Shown: piece by piece, positions 12,805 to 25,439 of the stretch
Numbering within the stretch: position 1 is the stretch's first letter
Layout: the number at the start of each line of letters is the position of its first letter
DNA from: Priapulus caudatus
Lineage: Eukaryota
Length of the DNA: 35,691 nt
Assembly: GCF_000485595.1 (NCBI RefSeq)
Contig: NW_014577082.1
Location: forward strand, 4,483 to 40,173
Direction: 5' to 3'
Translations under genes and position numbers: made by a program
The notes under the pieces: generated by a model
The model's database searches: none
What the model was told of the DNA's origin: nothing
The model's input: only the letters and a program-made list of their open reading frames with translations

Positions 12805-14836
12805 TGCGTGCTTGCCTGGTTGTGTGCGTGCTTGCTTGGTTGTGTGCGTGGCCGTGGGTTACCAGCTGCATGTGTGCATGTCGTGCATCTGTGTGTGCGC
12901 GCGCTCGCCTGTCTGCGTGCGTGCATGCGTGCGCGTGAGCAAACCTGCATGCGTTCGTGCATGAGGGCGTACGTGCGTGCGTCTCTGAATTGGTCATTCA
13001 GTAACAATTATTTTTAGCTTCTTTTCGCACATCAATTTCTGTGCCTTGTTTTACATTCAATCACCGAGCATAATCTGTTGGCAACTGAGCACTACGCGCT
13101 CAATCATATATAGAAACAGTCGCTTTTCCCGCGTTATTCTACCAAGAACAATGCGAGCTGCCGCCTACCGCCTTGCTCGCTCAATTTTTATCTCGCGATT
13201 TTTTTTTATACGCGATCTATTCTACGCGTAATTTTTTCTGACAGCTGCTGATCGCATTACGTGCGTTAAATTCCGCAACGTGATCGAGAGAGCGGCTAAA
13301 ATAACAGCAGGAGAGCAATTCTCTCATCGCCGCAAGCTGATTGTGCCGTCCCGTTACTGATCAATTCCCGTGAATGGTGAAAGGTCGCCTAGCACTAGAG
13401 ACGGACTGCGGGAGCCATCCGCTGACGAAGGAGCACGCGCGACGAATCTGCATGCGTAATTACTAGAATTCGACGGTTTTAAAACGACTAATTAAACTCG
13501 AAATGAAAATATTTTCGTTCGCATTTTAATTCGGGGATATCGCCTGGGGCCGAATGGAAAATTTTAATTCCATTCCAAGATCGCGTCACGTGATAGCATG
13601 ACTCATTAAGGGGGGTTCTCGTTCGGAGGCAGATGCGGCGTCTGAATGCAATGGCGGCGCTGATGATGTGTCACGGCGCATGTGCAATCGCACAAAACAA
13701 TAGAACGGCGAGCGTTGCACGCGCTAATTATTAGAATTACGTCGCCTTAGATCGATCTGCTTGGAGAGAGAGAGAGCACTCGGGCACGCACGGCAGGCAT
13801 GCGTGTACGGCGCGGCTATGTCACACACGTATGGAGTCAGCGTACATGGGCGTACGTACGTGTGCGTACGACATCTCAACGATTCATCTAGCCTAGCTAG
13901 CACAACAGATTGTAGAGTCATCGGTCTGTGTAATGCTAAATCAGTGCGCGCGCGCGCCGATTAGCACACGCACTCGTATGTTAGTGGGCGCGCGGTGGCA
14001 TCATTGCGTCAACGCGTATATCATTGCGAGTAGGCTACATGTGTATCATTGCGCGGCACGGGTGTACCATCGCGCGCACGGTAAGCACGGGTAATCAATA
14101 CGTGCACGCGCACTGGTGTATAATTGCGGGCACGGATGTTGCAGTGCGCGCACGAATGCATCATAGCACATACTGGTGAATCATTGCTCCTCGTGTGCGA
14201 CCACCGTTGCGTGTTATTTGTGATTTATTCTACATGTAACGCACGCATATTAAATATCTGTAGCGGTTCCATTACCACGCGTTTGTTACCGCGCGTGCAT
14301 CCCACCCGCCACCTCCGCCTATGGGTTATATTAATGTTTATTTAATGTAAAAACTAAGCACACGGGACGATCGTCCTCCCAGCACACCAAGATTATAGTC
14401 TGCGAGAGACAATTCCTATATGACACTCACTATGCCGAAACTTATCTGATCGCAAGCAAAAATTATCCTTAGAACATCCCTGCTAGATCTTGAATTCGTC
14501 GGCGCATTACTCTCACGCGTTAATTTTTAATCACGCGTCATTAGTAATTTCGTCAAGACTCGTGTCCACCTATCGCTGCGTACAGATGGCGCTCGCATCT
14601 GTGCAAATAGTATATAACACTGCGCTGTATTTAATAACGCGTTATTATATACAGCGCAGTGGCATATATAGATAGGCGTAGACACTGAGATCTCTCTGCA
14701 GATTTTATGTTCACGTTACTTTAACTATTAGCGATTTATTTCGCACATCCGCTGATGAGAATCCATCACGACCGCGATTACGAGTTAAAACCTGCGCATG
14801 GGTACATTGACAACACACATACACACACATGCACAC
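12805..14836 (+). repeat. Segment B, direct copy 2 (matches 3190-5335); lies in the last intron of the ZP gene
   Basis: Same anchors as copy 1. The offset drifts from ~9636 to ~9498 along the segment. Confidence 0.92.
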
Positions 14837-15864
14837 GTTATTATATATAATATATAAAGAAGAAGAGAGATGAGAGGAGAGAAGAGTATGATATGAAAGA
14901 GAAAGAGAAGTGTGAAGAGAGAGAGAAGGGAATAGAAGAGGGAAAGAGAGAGCCAGAGAGAGGGAAAAAAGAGAGAAAGAGAGAGAGAGGGAAAGAAAGA
15001 GAGGGAAGAAATAGAGAGGGGGAAGTATGGGGGATGGAAAGGAAGCGCGAGTAGAAGAGAAGAGAGAGAGGAGAGAGACGAGAGCGAGAGAGAGAGAGAG
15101 AAGAGAAAGAGAGAGACAGAAGAGAGAAGAGAGAGAGAGAGAGAGAGTAGCGATGCAGAGATCGAGAAGAGAGAGAGAAAGGTAGCGAGCGATAGCGGTA
15201 AAGAGAGGTAGAGTAGAGAGTAGATGATGAGAGCAGAGAGAGAGAGAGAGAGAGTGAGAGATTGACGAGAGTAGAGAGGAGAGCGAGCAGAGAGAGAGAG
15301 AGGGTGGGGGAGAAGGCGGGACAGAGTGGGAGAAAACAGAAAATGGTAGGCGGTATGGGTGGGATGCAATTTACGAATCAGATGAAGTGGATCGAAAGCT
15401 GACAAAGCATGAAGGATGTATGGAATGAGTATTATTTACGGTGGTGCACGGATTGAATGAATGAAGTGAATGGAATGAGATAGAATTACGTGAGTAGGAT
15501 AGCTGATTGTGTGGATTTATCCGATGAACTATTATTACCATGTTAAAGACGTCACTAAGGCGCGGGCTGAACAAATCAACTATCCTCTTACAATCACGCG
15601 ATGATATCAACCAACACACACAACAACACAAACACACAGGCGCCGCACACATGGCCACAGCACACACATGCACGGCAGCGGCGCACGGGGCTGCAACTGC
15701 ACGCAATCAGTCGACGCCACGGGCGACGCCGCCACGCACGCGACGCACGGTGCAACGGCAGTTGCGCACGCAAACGGCCCCCGGGCGCCCCTTACGGGGT
15801 GCACGCAACGGCACAGCGACGGTGCGAACGCACTACCATCACAGGATCATAGCATCATCAGATC

Positions 15865-18800
15865 GTTGAGCTTAAGCCGGAGGTATTGATTTCAGCGAGG
15901 CGACACGGCGCTGAAACGCATACTGGCTCGGCGGCGGGCAGCGGCGCCGGGCGGCCGACCGGGTGCACGTGCAAGGCAGGGAGGAGACGTTGCCCTGCAT
16001 CAGGCCGCTAGCCGGCTTCACCATCGCCATCGCCGTTCCTCACGGCCGCATCCGGCTGCTGCGTCGCTCGGCGAGGGGATCCTCCGTCAGCGTCATCGTC
16101 TGTCTGAAAAGCGACCGCGACTTACTGGTCTCAAGAGGACGTCATTCAAAAAGTTAGAGCCGGACGGCCGAGGTTCGGCATTCCGATACCGCCACCGACG
16201 CGGAGCGGGCCATCTATCCCACCGCTCACGTAAGGTCGTCCGATCACGCACGATAGTGAGTAATGAGTGGACGGGGCGTCGGTTTGTTGGCAGCAGGTAG
16301 AGAGAAAGAGAGATAGAAGAGGGGCGAGATGGAGGGGGGAGGTGGATATGAATGTTCAGATGGCGTTTTGCGACATGCGAAGGCGCGCGTCTGGTATGTG
16401 GAGGGCGGGTTTTACGCGGGTGGCGTTATCATAACCTGTCCTGGGCTACATCACGCCGCGCACGACCGTGACACAATGCTCCGGACACGCCATGTACTGC
16501 TTTAACACGCATCTCGCTGTCGGCACACACGTGGCACTACACGCTCTGCCTACCCATACTTTAGCACACTACTTCCTTTGGGAGATCTTTTCCCGTGTCC
16601 GGTCAATGCATCCCCAGAGATCAAACTGGCTAGGGCCGAGATAACAACCTAAAAACAGGGCGTGTCGCTGCTAACCATGGCAACGGCGCCTAGCACCGTG
16701 ATAGTATGATTAATCTTAATTAAATGCTCTCAAATAAATAACTAAACAGGCACCATTCGGCAACCTTACACTTAATCAGAAGGTAACTTTAGTGTTTCAG
16801 CCCAGGATACAATGGCTTAGCGTGTAAAATGCGATATTTGGGCGAAATAATCTAGGGAATTTTTTTCTGTGGCCAGTGTTGTACGCTGGTCAGAATAGGT
16901 TCGTTAGCCTTAACCATCCCCAGAGCGCTCTATTCTTACACACCGTATAGGGGACTACCCAGACAGGGAGCGATGAATGGGCGAAAGAGGTGCTCTGAGC
17001 CTATGCTGCTCGCTAACCACCTCGGTGTGGCAGCGTGTGTGTGTCGGCGGAGGGGTGTTTGCGTGTGTGTGGCGTGTCTGTGGTGCGATATTGTGGGCGT
17101 TGTGTGTGCGTAGGCGCGCGCTGCGCGGTGTGTGTGGTGAAGTGTGTGTGCGTGTTGTGAATTTAGCGATTGCGCAGCTACGCTCGCTTCCGGTGGCGTG
17201 CTCGGCTGCGAGTGTTTATGCATATGGGCGTGAGGCACGATCTGCGCCGTTCAAACATCTACATCGCTGGAGAATGCTGTGTCTGCGCCTCTCCGTACCG
17301 TGGGCGGGAAAGTTAACTTACATTTTCAACCAAACGCCGTAAGTCGGACACACAGCCGCGGCACAACAACACGGACCAACAACGCAGGAGCGCGACCCCG
17401 GAGCGAACACGAACACGAAAGTTCGCCACCTTCGAAGCGCGACTCGCTCCAAAAAACATCCTGCTCACAAGAAGAAAAGCAGAACAGAAAGGAAGAAAGA
17501 GGACAGAAGTAAGTGATTCGCTGACTAAGGTTGTTATACATTTGCGCAGCCGACGGACTGGCGCGCGAAGTCACAAAGCATGGCCCGTCAGTTATGCATT
17601 TAAAAGCCAGCTGGCAGCACGCGCGAACATGAACGCAGTGAAGACAATCGATGATTACGCGATAGATAGTACGTGCTGGTGGTAGGGCCCCCGCATGCAG
17701 TTACGGCGGGAAATACAAGCTGGTAAGTAATCGAGGACTTGATGATGTGATCATCGAGCGTGCGTGTGTAGGACGACGGTGTATGTTAGCGTGGAATGTT
17801 TGAACGGGACGATTACAACTAAATTTATAATAAATCTGAAAATAGGCAATGGCCTATTATGTTTATTTAAACGTGCAAGAATGTATCATTGCGAGTATAG
17901 GGAGTGGGTATGCTTTGATAACACGTGTATTGTGAGTAGCGGGATCGATCGAGACGATTACTCGCAGTGTTATATCTTTAAGGAAAAATACTCACGGCAG
18001 CTCGCCGTGGTGACTGAAAGGTTGAAGTATGTTCGACGCATTGTTTCGTAAATATTTTTCTAGCTACTGGCAAGTATATGGCAACGTTGCATGGATTGTA
18101 GGTGATGTTATGCGTTCTAAATCGCGCACGCTGCATTGCGATTTCCTTTGATTCATTCCGCAAAGTCTTATCGAGTTGTTATATTCATATACCACCACGT
18201 TCCAATAAAAACACAACTCACGGACTTTTATACTGAGGTGTAACAATATGTCGAAAGTGTAATTGTTGTTTCAAAATATTTGATAGCGACTTTAAATGCT
18301 ATGCGTCGACGCACTCGAACCGTGTCGAAATGCTTCATATAGCGCAGTAGGAATATTTCTACATCTAATCTAAGCATGCGGCGCATGCAATTGTGCCTGG
18401 GATAGCGTCAATAGTCCACGAGAGTGGCATATCGTGCTGTGATGGGGTTAGAATTTTAAAATTTTAATCCCAGACGGGCAACACTAAGCTGGCTCTATAA
18501 CATAATTATAAAAAGACAAAATTTAAAGCTCGCGTTAAATCGATTAATGGGATAAAATAATGTATGTGTTTGTTTTTGGTGTGCGCATCATGTATCAAGG
18601 CTATCCGCTCGATTGGCCTATACCTCCCAGGAGGTGGAGAAATGCAAGGGCGGTGGGCATCTAAATTAAACCAGCCTTAATTACTAATTGTTGATTGGTT
18701 TTTCATAATTAGTGCCCAGTTTTATCAACGGTGTGCAACAGTCGTAAAACATTTATCCTCTAATAAGGGATCCTTTTGGATTGTGAAGGGATTATACTTG

Positions 18801-19572
18801 ATAAAAGCCTAATGTACACCACTAATAAGTTTTTAATAAAGCCACTATTCATCGTGCTTTTGTTACGAAATATAAATATTGCAAAAGTTTGCGTTTAATA
18901 AATCTCGGAATTGAAGAAACACGAGGTGAAAGCAGCACCTTGCGCGCCGCCGCGCTGGCTATCTGCCCATTCCGCGCTGTTTCCACATCGTGCCAAATTA
19001 AACAACATGATTTAACAGACGTGTTACATAAACAAGTACTGTGTGTTAATGAGTTCTCTTCTCTAATGGCATGCTGCCGGGCAATGAACAACGCATCTTC
19101 ATCTGTGTAATGCGTCACCATTTTTTTTCTGTTTGAACTATATGGCATTCTTGGCGTTCGTTTTAAGTTTGCTTAGCTATTGTAGTCTCAGCGAAAATCA
19201 TTTCGACCTTAGAATCAATTTTTCTGTGAACTTACCTGCTTACACATAATAAACTGCTTTGATGTCAGAATTCCAACTTATTATTTGCGAGATAGGGATG
19301 AAGACGTGTGACTAAAGTTTCTATCTCAGTTGAATCTATCTAAGAATCTATCCTAAGAATCCTAAGTTTGAATGCTAAGCTTCAAGTCAGCCGCGCCCTT
19401 ACAATTCAGACCGACATTTGCCGCCGGCGCGGCAAGCGTAACATTTTAGAGAACAACTACAAAAACATGCAGCGAAGTGTTTTTGCACGGCAAATAAACG
19501 AAATCCGCCGCGCAAGACATAGCAAATATTGTGCGCCGTTCAATTGTTCAGCGCGCTGTAGAAGGTATGGCT
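15865..19572 (-). repeat. Inverted, insertion-rich copy of 9579-12753
   Basis: Starts gttgagcttaagccggagg = revcomp of 12753. Ends caattgttcagcgcgctgtagaaggtatggct = revcomp of ~9579-9606. 3708 bp versus 3175 bp. Confidence 0.92.
15896..16268 (+). pseudogene. Frameshift-riddled inverted copy of terminal exon 9 (probably raw-read noise rather than a true pseudo-exon)
   Basis: Reverse complement of 12724-12432 (e.g. gccggcttcaccatcgccatcgccg, gtcagcgtcatcgtctgtctgaaaa) with many short insertions. Confidence 0.7.
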
Positions 19573-19597
19573 NNNNNNNNNNNNNNNNNNNNNNNNN
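19573..19597. other. Assembly gap (25 N)
   Basis: Run of 25 n. Confidence 0.99.
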
Positions 19598-21529
19598 TGT
19601 GGAAATTGCACGCGGTGCATCTAATTAACCAGCCTAATTACTATTTTGATTGTTTTCATAATTAGTGCCAGTTTTATCAACGGTGTGCACACAGTGTAAA
19701 ACATTTATCCTCTAAAAGGATCCTTTTGGATTTGTGAAGGATTCATACTTGATAAGCTAATGTACACCACTAATAAGTTTTAATAAAGCATATTATCGTG
19801 CTTTTGTTCGAAATATAATATTCAAAAGGTTTGCGTTTAATAATCGAATTGAAGAAACACATGAAAGACACCTTGCGGCGCCGCGTGCAATCTGCCCATT
19901 CCGTTTTCACTCGGTGCCAAATTTAACAACATGGATTTAAAGACGTGTTACATAAACAAGTACGTGTTTAATGAGTTCTCTTGCTCTATGCATGTGCCCA
20001 ATAACAACGCATCTTCATCTGTGTAATGGTCACTTTTTTTTCTGTTGACCTATATGGCATTCTGCGTTCGTTTTAAGTTTGCTTGTCATTGTTAGCCAGC
20101 GAATCATTTCGACTTTAGAATCAATTTTTCTTGAACTTCCTGCTTCACATAATAACTGCTTTGTGTCAGAATCCAACTTATTATTTTCGGATAGATTGAA
20201 GACGGTGTGAATCTAAAGTTCTATCTCAGTTGAATCTATCTAAGAATCTATCCTAAGAATCTAAGTTGATCTAAGTTCAAGTCACCGGCCTTACAATTCA
20301 GACGACATTTGCGCGCGCGGCAAGCGTAACATTTTAGAGAACAACTACAAAAACATGCAGCGAAGTTTTTGCACGGCAAATAAACGAAATCCCGCCAAGA
20401 CATGCAATATTTGTGCGCGTTCAATTGTTCACGCGCTGCTAGAGTATGCTACATGACACGCGGCATGAAACGCGAGAGCAACTCTGAATGCGAATTAAGC
20501 ATTATTTATCTATACTTCTGTCTATCACTGCAAAAGAATATTCGCTAAGAGGAGGGCTAGCCGCTCGAGCGCATTGGCATTCCAACGAGATGGCCGATGC
20601 CTGCTGCTTGCTGCCCGCGAGTGGACCGTGTCTATCGCGACAGTTACATTTCTTCCGCGAAGAAAACGCACCATTTATGGAAAATGGTTGTCGTTTGTTT
20701 GTGCGCCATTATCAGTCTGAAAGGAATCGGCGACTCCACGAGAACTGTTAAGATTTCAGTTTTTGTAGCTCGTAACGCGCAAATTGAGGCGCCATCGAGA
20801 AAAGCCTCTTGTGCTTCGTAACTTCAGCTGCAGCATCGCGTATTTTTACTCCTTAAGTGCCCACGATTCAAACACTTTATGAGAAGGAAATCGCTGCAAT
20901 CTCATAAAATCACTCGAAAGTCTACATAAATTCCGCGTGCGGCGCATTCGCTCTATTCGCGTCATTCTCTCTCTGGATTCATCAATTTCAGCGTTTTCGT
21001 TGTTATTTTGCACGCGCGTTCATGTTCGCTATTTGCATTGTGCCATTGTCAGTCGCTGTTGCTTTCGAACTCGCATTGCATTGTGGGCGTTGTCGCCAGG
21101 AGTGTCAATATTACGGCAGCGTGCTTTCCCGGCCCTCTCGAGGAGCCTGAACTCTGCGCGAGTAAAGCGCTACACGAACGCAGTGTGCTTGAAGCGCCCG
21201 TCTGCAACACTTGGTATTTAACGTCGGCACTTGCCTTTTGATGCCGCAGGTTTGAGACTTTGATATCCTGTTTGCTGATGTACGGCGGAAATTAATTTCA
21301 TTATCGGGGTCCGGCGCCGCGGCCGGGGAGAAATGGCCGGCGATCGAGGCACGAATGAGCGTCTGCTAGCTTTCGAGAAACGAAATCAGTCATACAGAGA
21401 TGACGTCAGCGCTTCAATAGTTGAGCTTGATCTCGCACTAGCATTCATTAAGGATTGCACGTTCTTCAACTACGATTACAAGGAGAGTAACATGCATGAG
21501 CTCTCCTCTCGGTCCTCTCTCCTCTCCTT

Positions 21530-21586
<57 letters not shown>

Positions 21587-23825
21587 GTCTCGCTCTCTCT
21601 CTCGTCTCTCTCTCTCTCTCTGCTCTGTCTCTCTCTCTCTCTGCTCTCACTGCTCATCTCTCTCTCTCTCTCTCTTTCACTCTCCTCTCCCTCTTCTTCT
21701 TCTCGTCTTCGTCTCTCTGCTCTGTCTCTCTCTCTCTCTTCTCTTTCTCCTGGTCTCCTTTGCTCTCTCTCTACTCTCTCTCACCTCCCTTCTCTTTCCT
21801 CTCTCTCTCATCCTCTCTCTCTCTCTCTCTCTCTCTTCTCTTTCTCTCTCTCTTCTCTCTCTTCTCTCTCTCTCTCTCTCTCTTCTGTTCTCTTCTATCT
21901 CTCTCTCTATCTCTTTCTCCGTCGCCCACTCTTTCTATACTCCTCGCTCTCCGTGCTCTCTCTCGCTCTTCGCTTGCTTTTCCTTGCGTGCTCCTCTCTC
22001 GCTCTCTATTTACAATTCTTACGCGCGCTCTCGTCGTCTCTATTACAATCTCTTACGTGGCCTTTTTTGCCTCGCCTCCATTTCTCTTCCTGGTGTATTA
22101 GGCGGGATGCAGGCAGCGGATGCATGATTAGAAAGAACACCATATATTCTCACGTTTTGAATAGATTCGTTAGTAATTTTAATATTTTTTTAACAATTCG
22201 ACACACATTTATCTCCTTTCTATCCCCGCCGGTCGGTCTCTCGACACTTCTCTTTCATTCTATCTACTCATATCTCTTCTATCTACTATGTATTACTTGT
22301 CCTCTCTTTCTCTACCACCCTCCTTTCTCTTTCGCCCCCTCCCTCTCTCTCTCTCTCTCTTCCTCTTTCTCTCTGCGTCCCATCCCTTGCCCACTCGCTC
22401 ACATCGTTCTTTTTCGTTTGGCTTTCTCGCTCGCTCTCGCAAGAGTTCAGCGCTCTCTGTCACTGATTAGATCGAGCATCTATAGACAAAGCGCCTGTCG
22501 TACGCCTCAGCCGCCCGCGTGCGTTCACCCGTCTCTGTCACCAGCGCTATCGGATGATTGCTCATTACGATGGCGACACGCCGAAAGGCACGCGCATTTT
22601 TCTCCTTCATATTCTTTCTTCGTCGTTGCAAGCCAGCATGCGTCAGTCAGGCTGTCCGTTGCCGGTCGCGCACGGCGTTCCGACTCAGCAGCGGCGGTAG
22701 CGAGCCAGCAGTAGCAAGCAGTAGCAGCAGTTAGCAGCAGCCAGCAGCCAGCGGCAAGTAGCCATCAGTTAGCAGCAGCAGCCAGCAGTTAAGCCAGCAG
22801 CAGCGTAGCAGCAGCAGCGGGCAGCAGCTAGCCAGCTAGTTAGCCAGAGCAGCAGTGCGCGGCAGCCAGCAGTAGCCAGCAAGCCAGCAGCAAGCAGCAG
22901 TTAGCAGCAGCAGTAGCAGCCAGCGGCGGCAGCAGCAGCTGCGCAGCAGCATGTAGCAGCAGCGGCGGTAGCCAGCAGTAGCAGCCCCAGCAGCAATCAG
23001 TAGCCAGCAGCAGCAGCAGTTTGCAGCCCAGCAGCAGCAAGTTAGCAACGGCTGGCAGCGGCATCTGCCAGCAGTCGGCAGCAGCAGCAGTAGTAGCAGC
23101 AGCAACAGTGGCGAGACGCCAGCCTACTCCTTTCCTTCCCGCAGAACTCGGTCCGGATTACGATGATCGCATTTTAAAAGCTTCATGTGAATCATTATAT
23201 CAGAGTCACAAATCCGCGGAGACGGCCCGCACGGCCGTCTCCTCACGGTCTCTTATATCGAAACCTATGACAACTCGCCGCAGCCAAAACACAGCGGCGG
23301 CAGCAGCGGCTTGCGGCTCCGTCAATAGCTCCCTCCAGCACGGCGCCGAGATAGAGCTTCATTCCAGCGGCTCTTGATTCTTTCCTCCTCACAGCTGCGG
23401 CTCAGCGGAAGTCCGCGCACTGTTCTGTTTTTTTTCTTTCCTAATGGGATTAGCTTAGTGACACCGTTATGGTCTATAATGTGAAAATGATCGAGGTCGT
23501 CATCGCTTATATCTATATATCGCGCCATGGTGTGATGTTGCTGCGATGTGGATTGGTTAGGCGTCTGTGCTGTGTGTTCCGTTGCGTGCGTGCCCCCCCT
23601 AAAAAGGTGTGCGTGCGTCCTGCTGTTTGTTGTTTGTTTGTTTGTTTGTGTGGTGTGTTGCGTGCATGTGTGTGTGTGTGTGATGCCTGTGGTGTGTTGT
23701 GTGTGTGTGTGCGCGTGTGCGTCGGTGCGTGTGCGTGTGGCGTGCATGTCGCGTGCGCGTGCCGTGCTGACGTGTGCGAGTCGTGTGCGTGTGCGTGTGT
23801 GCGTGGTGCGTGTGCGTCGGTCCGC

Positions 23826-23871
<46 letters not shown>

Positions 23872-24772
23872 GCCGTGTGCGTGTGCCGTGTGCGTGTCGT
23901 GTGCGTTTCGTGCGTGTGCCGTGTGGTCGTGCGTGCGGTGCGTGTGCGTGTGGTGTGCGTTAATGTGGCGTGTTGCGTGTGCGTGTGCGTGTCGTGTGGC
24001 GTGTGCGTGTGCGTGTGCGTGTGTATGTGTGCGTGTATGTCTCGTGTGGTGTGCGTGTGGACTCGCGTTGTGTGTGTGTGCGTGGTGCGTTGTGCGTGTT
24101 GGCGCTGTGGCGTGTGCGTGTGTATGTATGTGTGTTGGTGTGCGTGGTCGTGTGTGAGGTGTGTGTGTGTGAGTGTGTGGTGTGTGTGAGAGTGTCGTGT
24201 GCGTGGTGTGTGTGCGTGTGTGTTGTGTATACGTGTGCGTGTGCGTTTGTGTGTGTGTGTGTGTGTGGTGTTGTTGTGTGCGTGCGTGCGTGCGCGCGTG
24301 CTGGCATGCGCGTGTGCGTGTGCGTGTGCGTGTGCGTGTGCGTGTACGTGTGGCGTGTGCGCTGTGACCGCGTGCTGCGGTGTGGTGTGGCGTGTGTATG
24401 TGTGCGTGTATGCGTTGTGGTGTTGCAGCTCATCCCCCCCCGTGTTGCGTGTGTGTGCTGTGTGCGTGTGCGTGTGCGTGTTGTATGTATGTGTCGCTGT
24501 GTGGTGTGTGTGGCGTGGGTGTGGATGTGTGTGTTGTGTGTGTTGTGTGTGTGTGTTGCGCTGTGTGCGTGGTCCTGTGTGTGTGTGTATACGTGTGTGT
24601 GTGTTGTGGTTGTGCGTGTGCTCTCTGTCTGCGTGTGTGTGTGTGTGGTGTGTTGTTGTGTGTGTATGTGTGTGTGGTCTGTTGCGTGTGCGTGTGTGTG
24701 TGTGTGTGTGAGTGTGTGTGTGTGTGTGTGTGTCGTGGTGTGTGGTGTTGTGTGTCGTGTGTGTGCGCGTGC
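19598..24772 (-). repeat. Inverted copy of 5337-10422
   Basis: Revcomp anchors throughout, e.g. atgcgaattaagcattatttatctatacttctg at 20488 versus 9542. The GA, CTG and CA tracts recur in mirrored order. Confidence 0.93.
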
Positions 24773-24821
24773 TATATATATATATATATATGGGTTTCCG
24801 CCTGCCTGCCCCCTAACTTAC

Positions 24822-25035
24822 GGTAGATGTTAATCCTTCGCTCTCCGTCGATGAGCACGGCGATGCCTCGCGTCATGTTGACGCGCTCGGCTATGTACGG
24901 TGCGTTGCCGCTCGCGTTCACCGCTCTCATCCCGCCGCCGCCGGCCGCCATCTTGCCGTCCAGCGTGCGCCGCTTCCTTCCGTAGGCGTCGCCGCCGTAG
25001 CTGTCTCCATCGCTGTACGACTCGTAGCATTCCGA
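24822..25035 (-). CDS. ZP-domain protein, coding exon 8: last ZP Cys, furin site RKRR (24967-24978) and putative external hydrophobic patch (VNMTRGIAVLID)
   Basis: Acceptor ccgttgcag|TCG (phase 0), donor TAC C|gtaagt (phase 1). SECYESYSDGDSYGGDAYGRKRRTLDG...INIY. Confidence 0.92.
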
Positions 25036-25439
25036 CTGCAACGGATCACGGCGAACGTTATTAGAACGGTCTCTGGTCGGCGGTAGCGAGGGAGGGTTGG
25101 GAGTGGAGCGGGAGGGGAGCGGTGGTGGGAGAGATGAGGGCTGTGAGGATGGGAGAGAAGAGGGCCGTGGCGTGGGAGAGGAGAGGGCCGCGGGGAAGGG
25201 AGGAAGGAGGGCCTTGTGGGTGAGAGAAAGAAGGGTAGGGTGGCAGAGATGGAGGCCGCGGGGGAAGAGGCTCGCAGTGGGGAGAGGAGGGCTGCGGGGA
25301 GGAAGAGAGCAAGGTTGCAGCGAGGAAGAGAGGAAGGTTGCAGGGAGGAAGAGAGCAGGGTCGCGAGGGAGGGAGAGATGAGAGTCGCGGGTAAAAGAAA
25401 GAGGTGGGCCGGATGAGAGACGTGGCCGTATATTCAGCC

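Noticed and set aside
12132..12938. 268-aa + strand ORF
   Set aside because: Antisense shadow of GC-rich exon 9 plus flanking repeats. The minus frame has the splice site, TM helix and stop.
2579..14836. ~9.6-kb direct-repeat-bounded unit as an LTR element, integrated virus or rolling-circle concatemer
   Set aside because: No gag/pol/integrase/Rep coding remnants, no TG..CA ends or PBS. The interior contains the host gene's own last exon, and copy differences look like read error.
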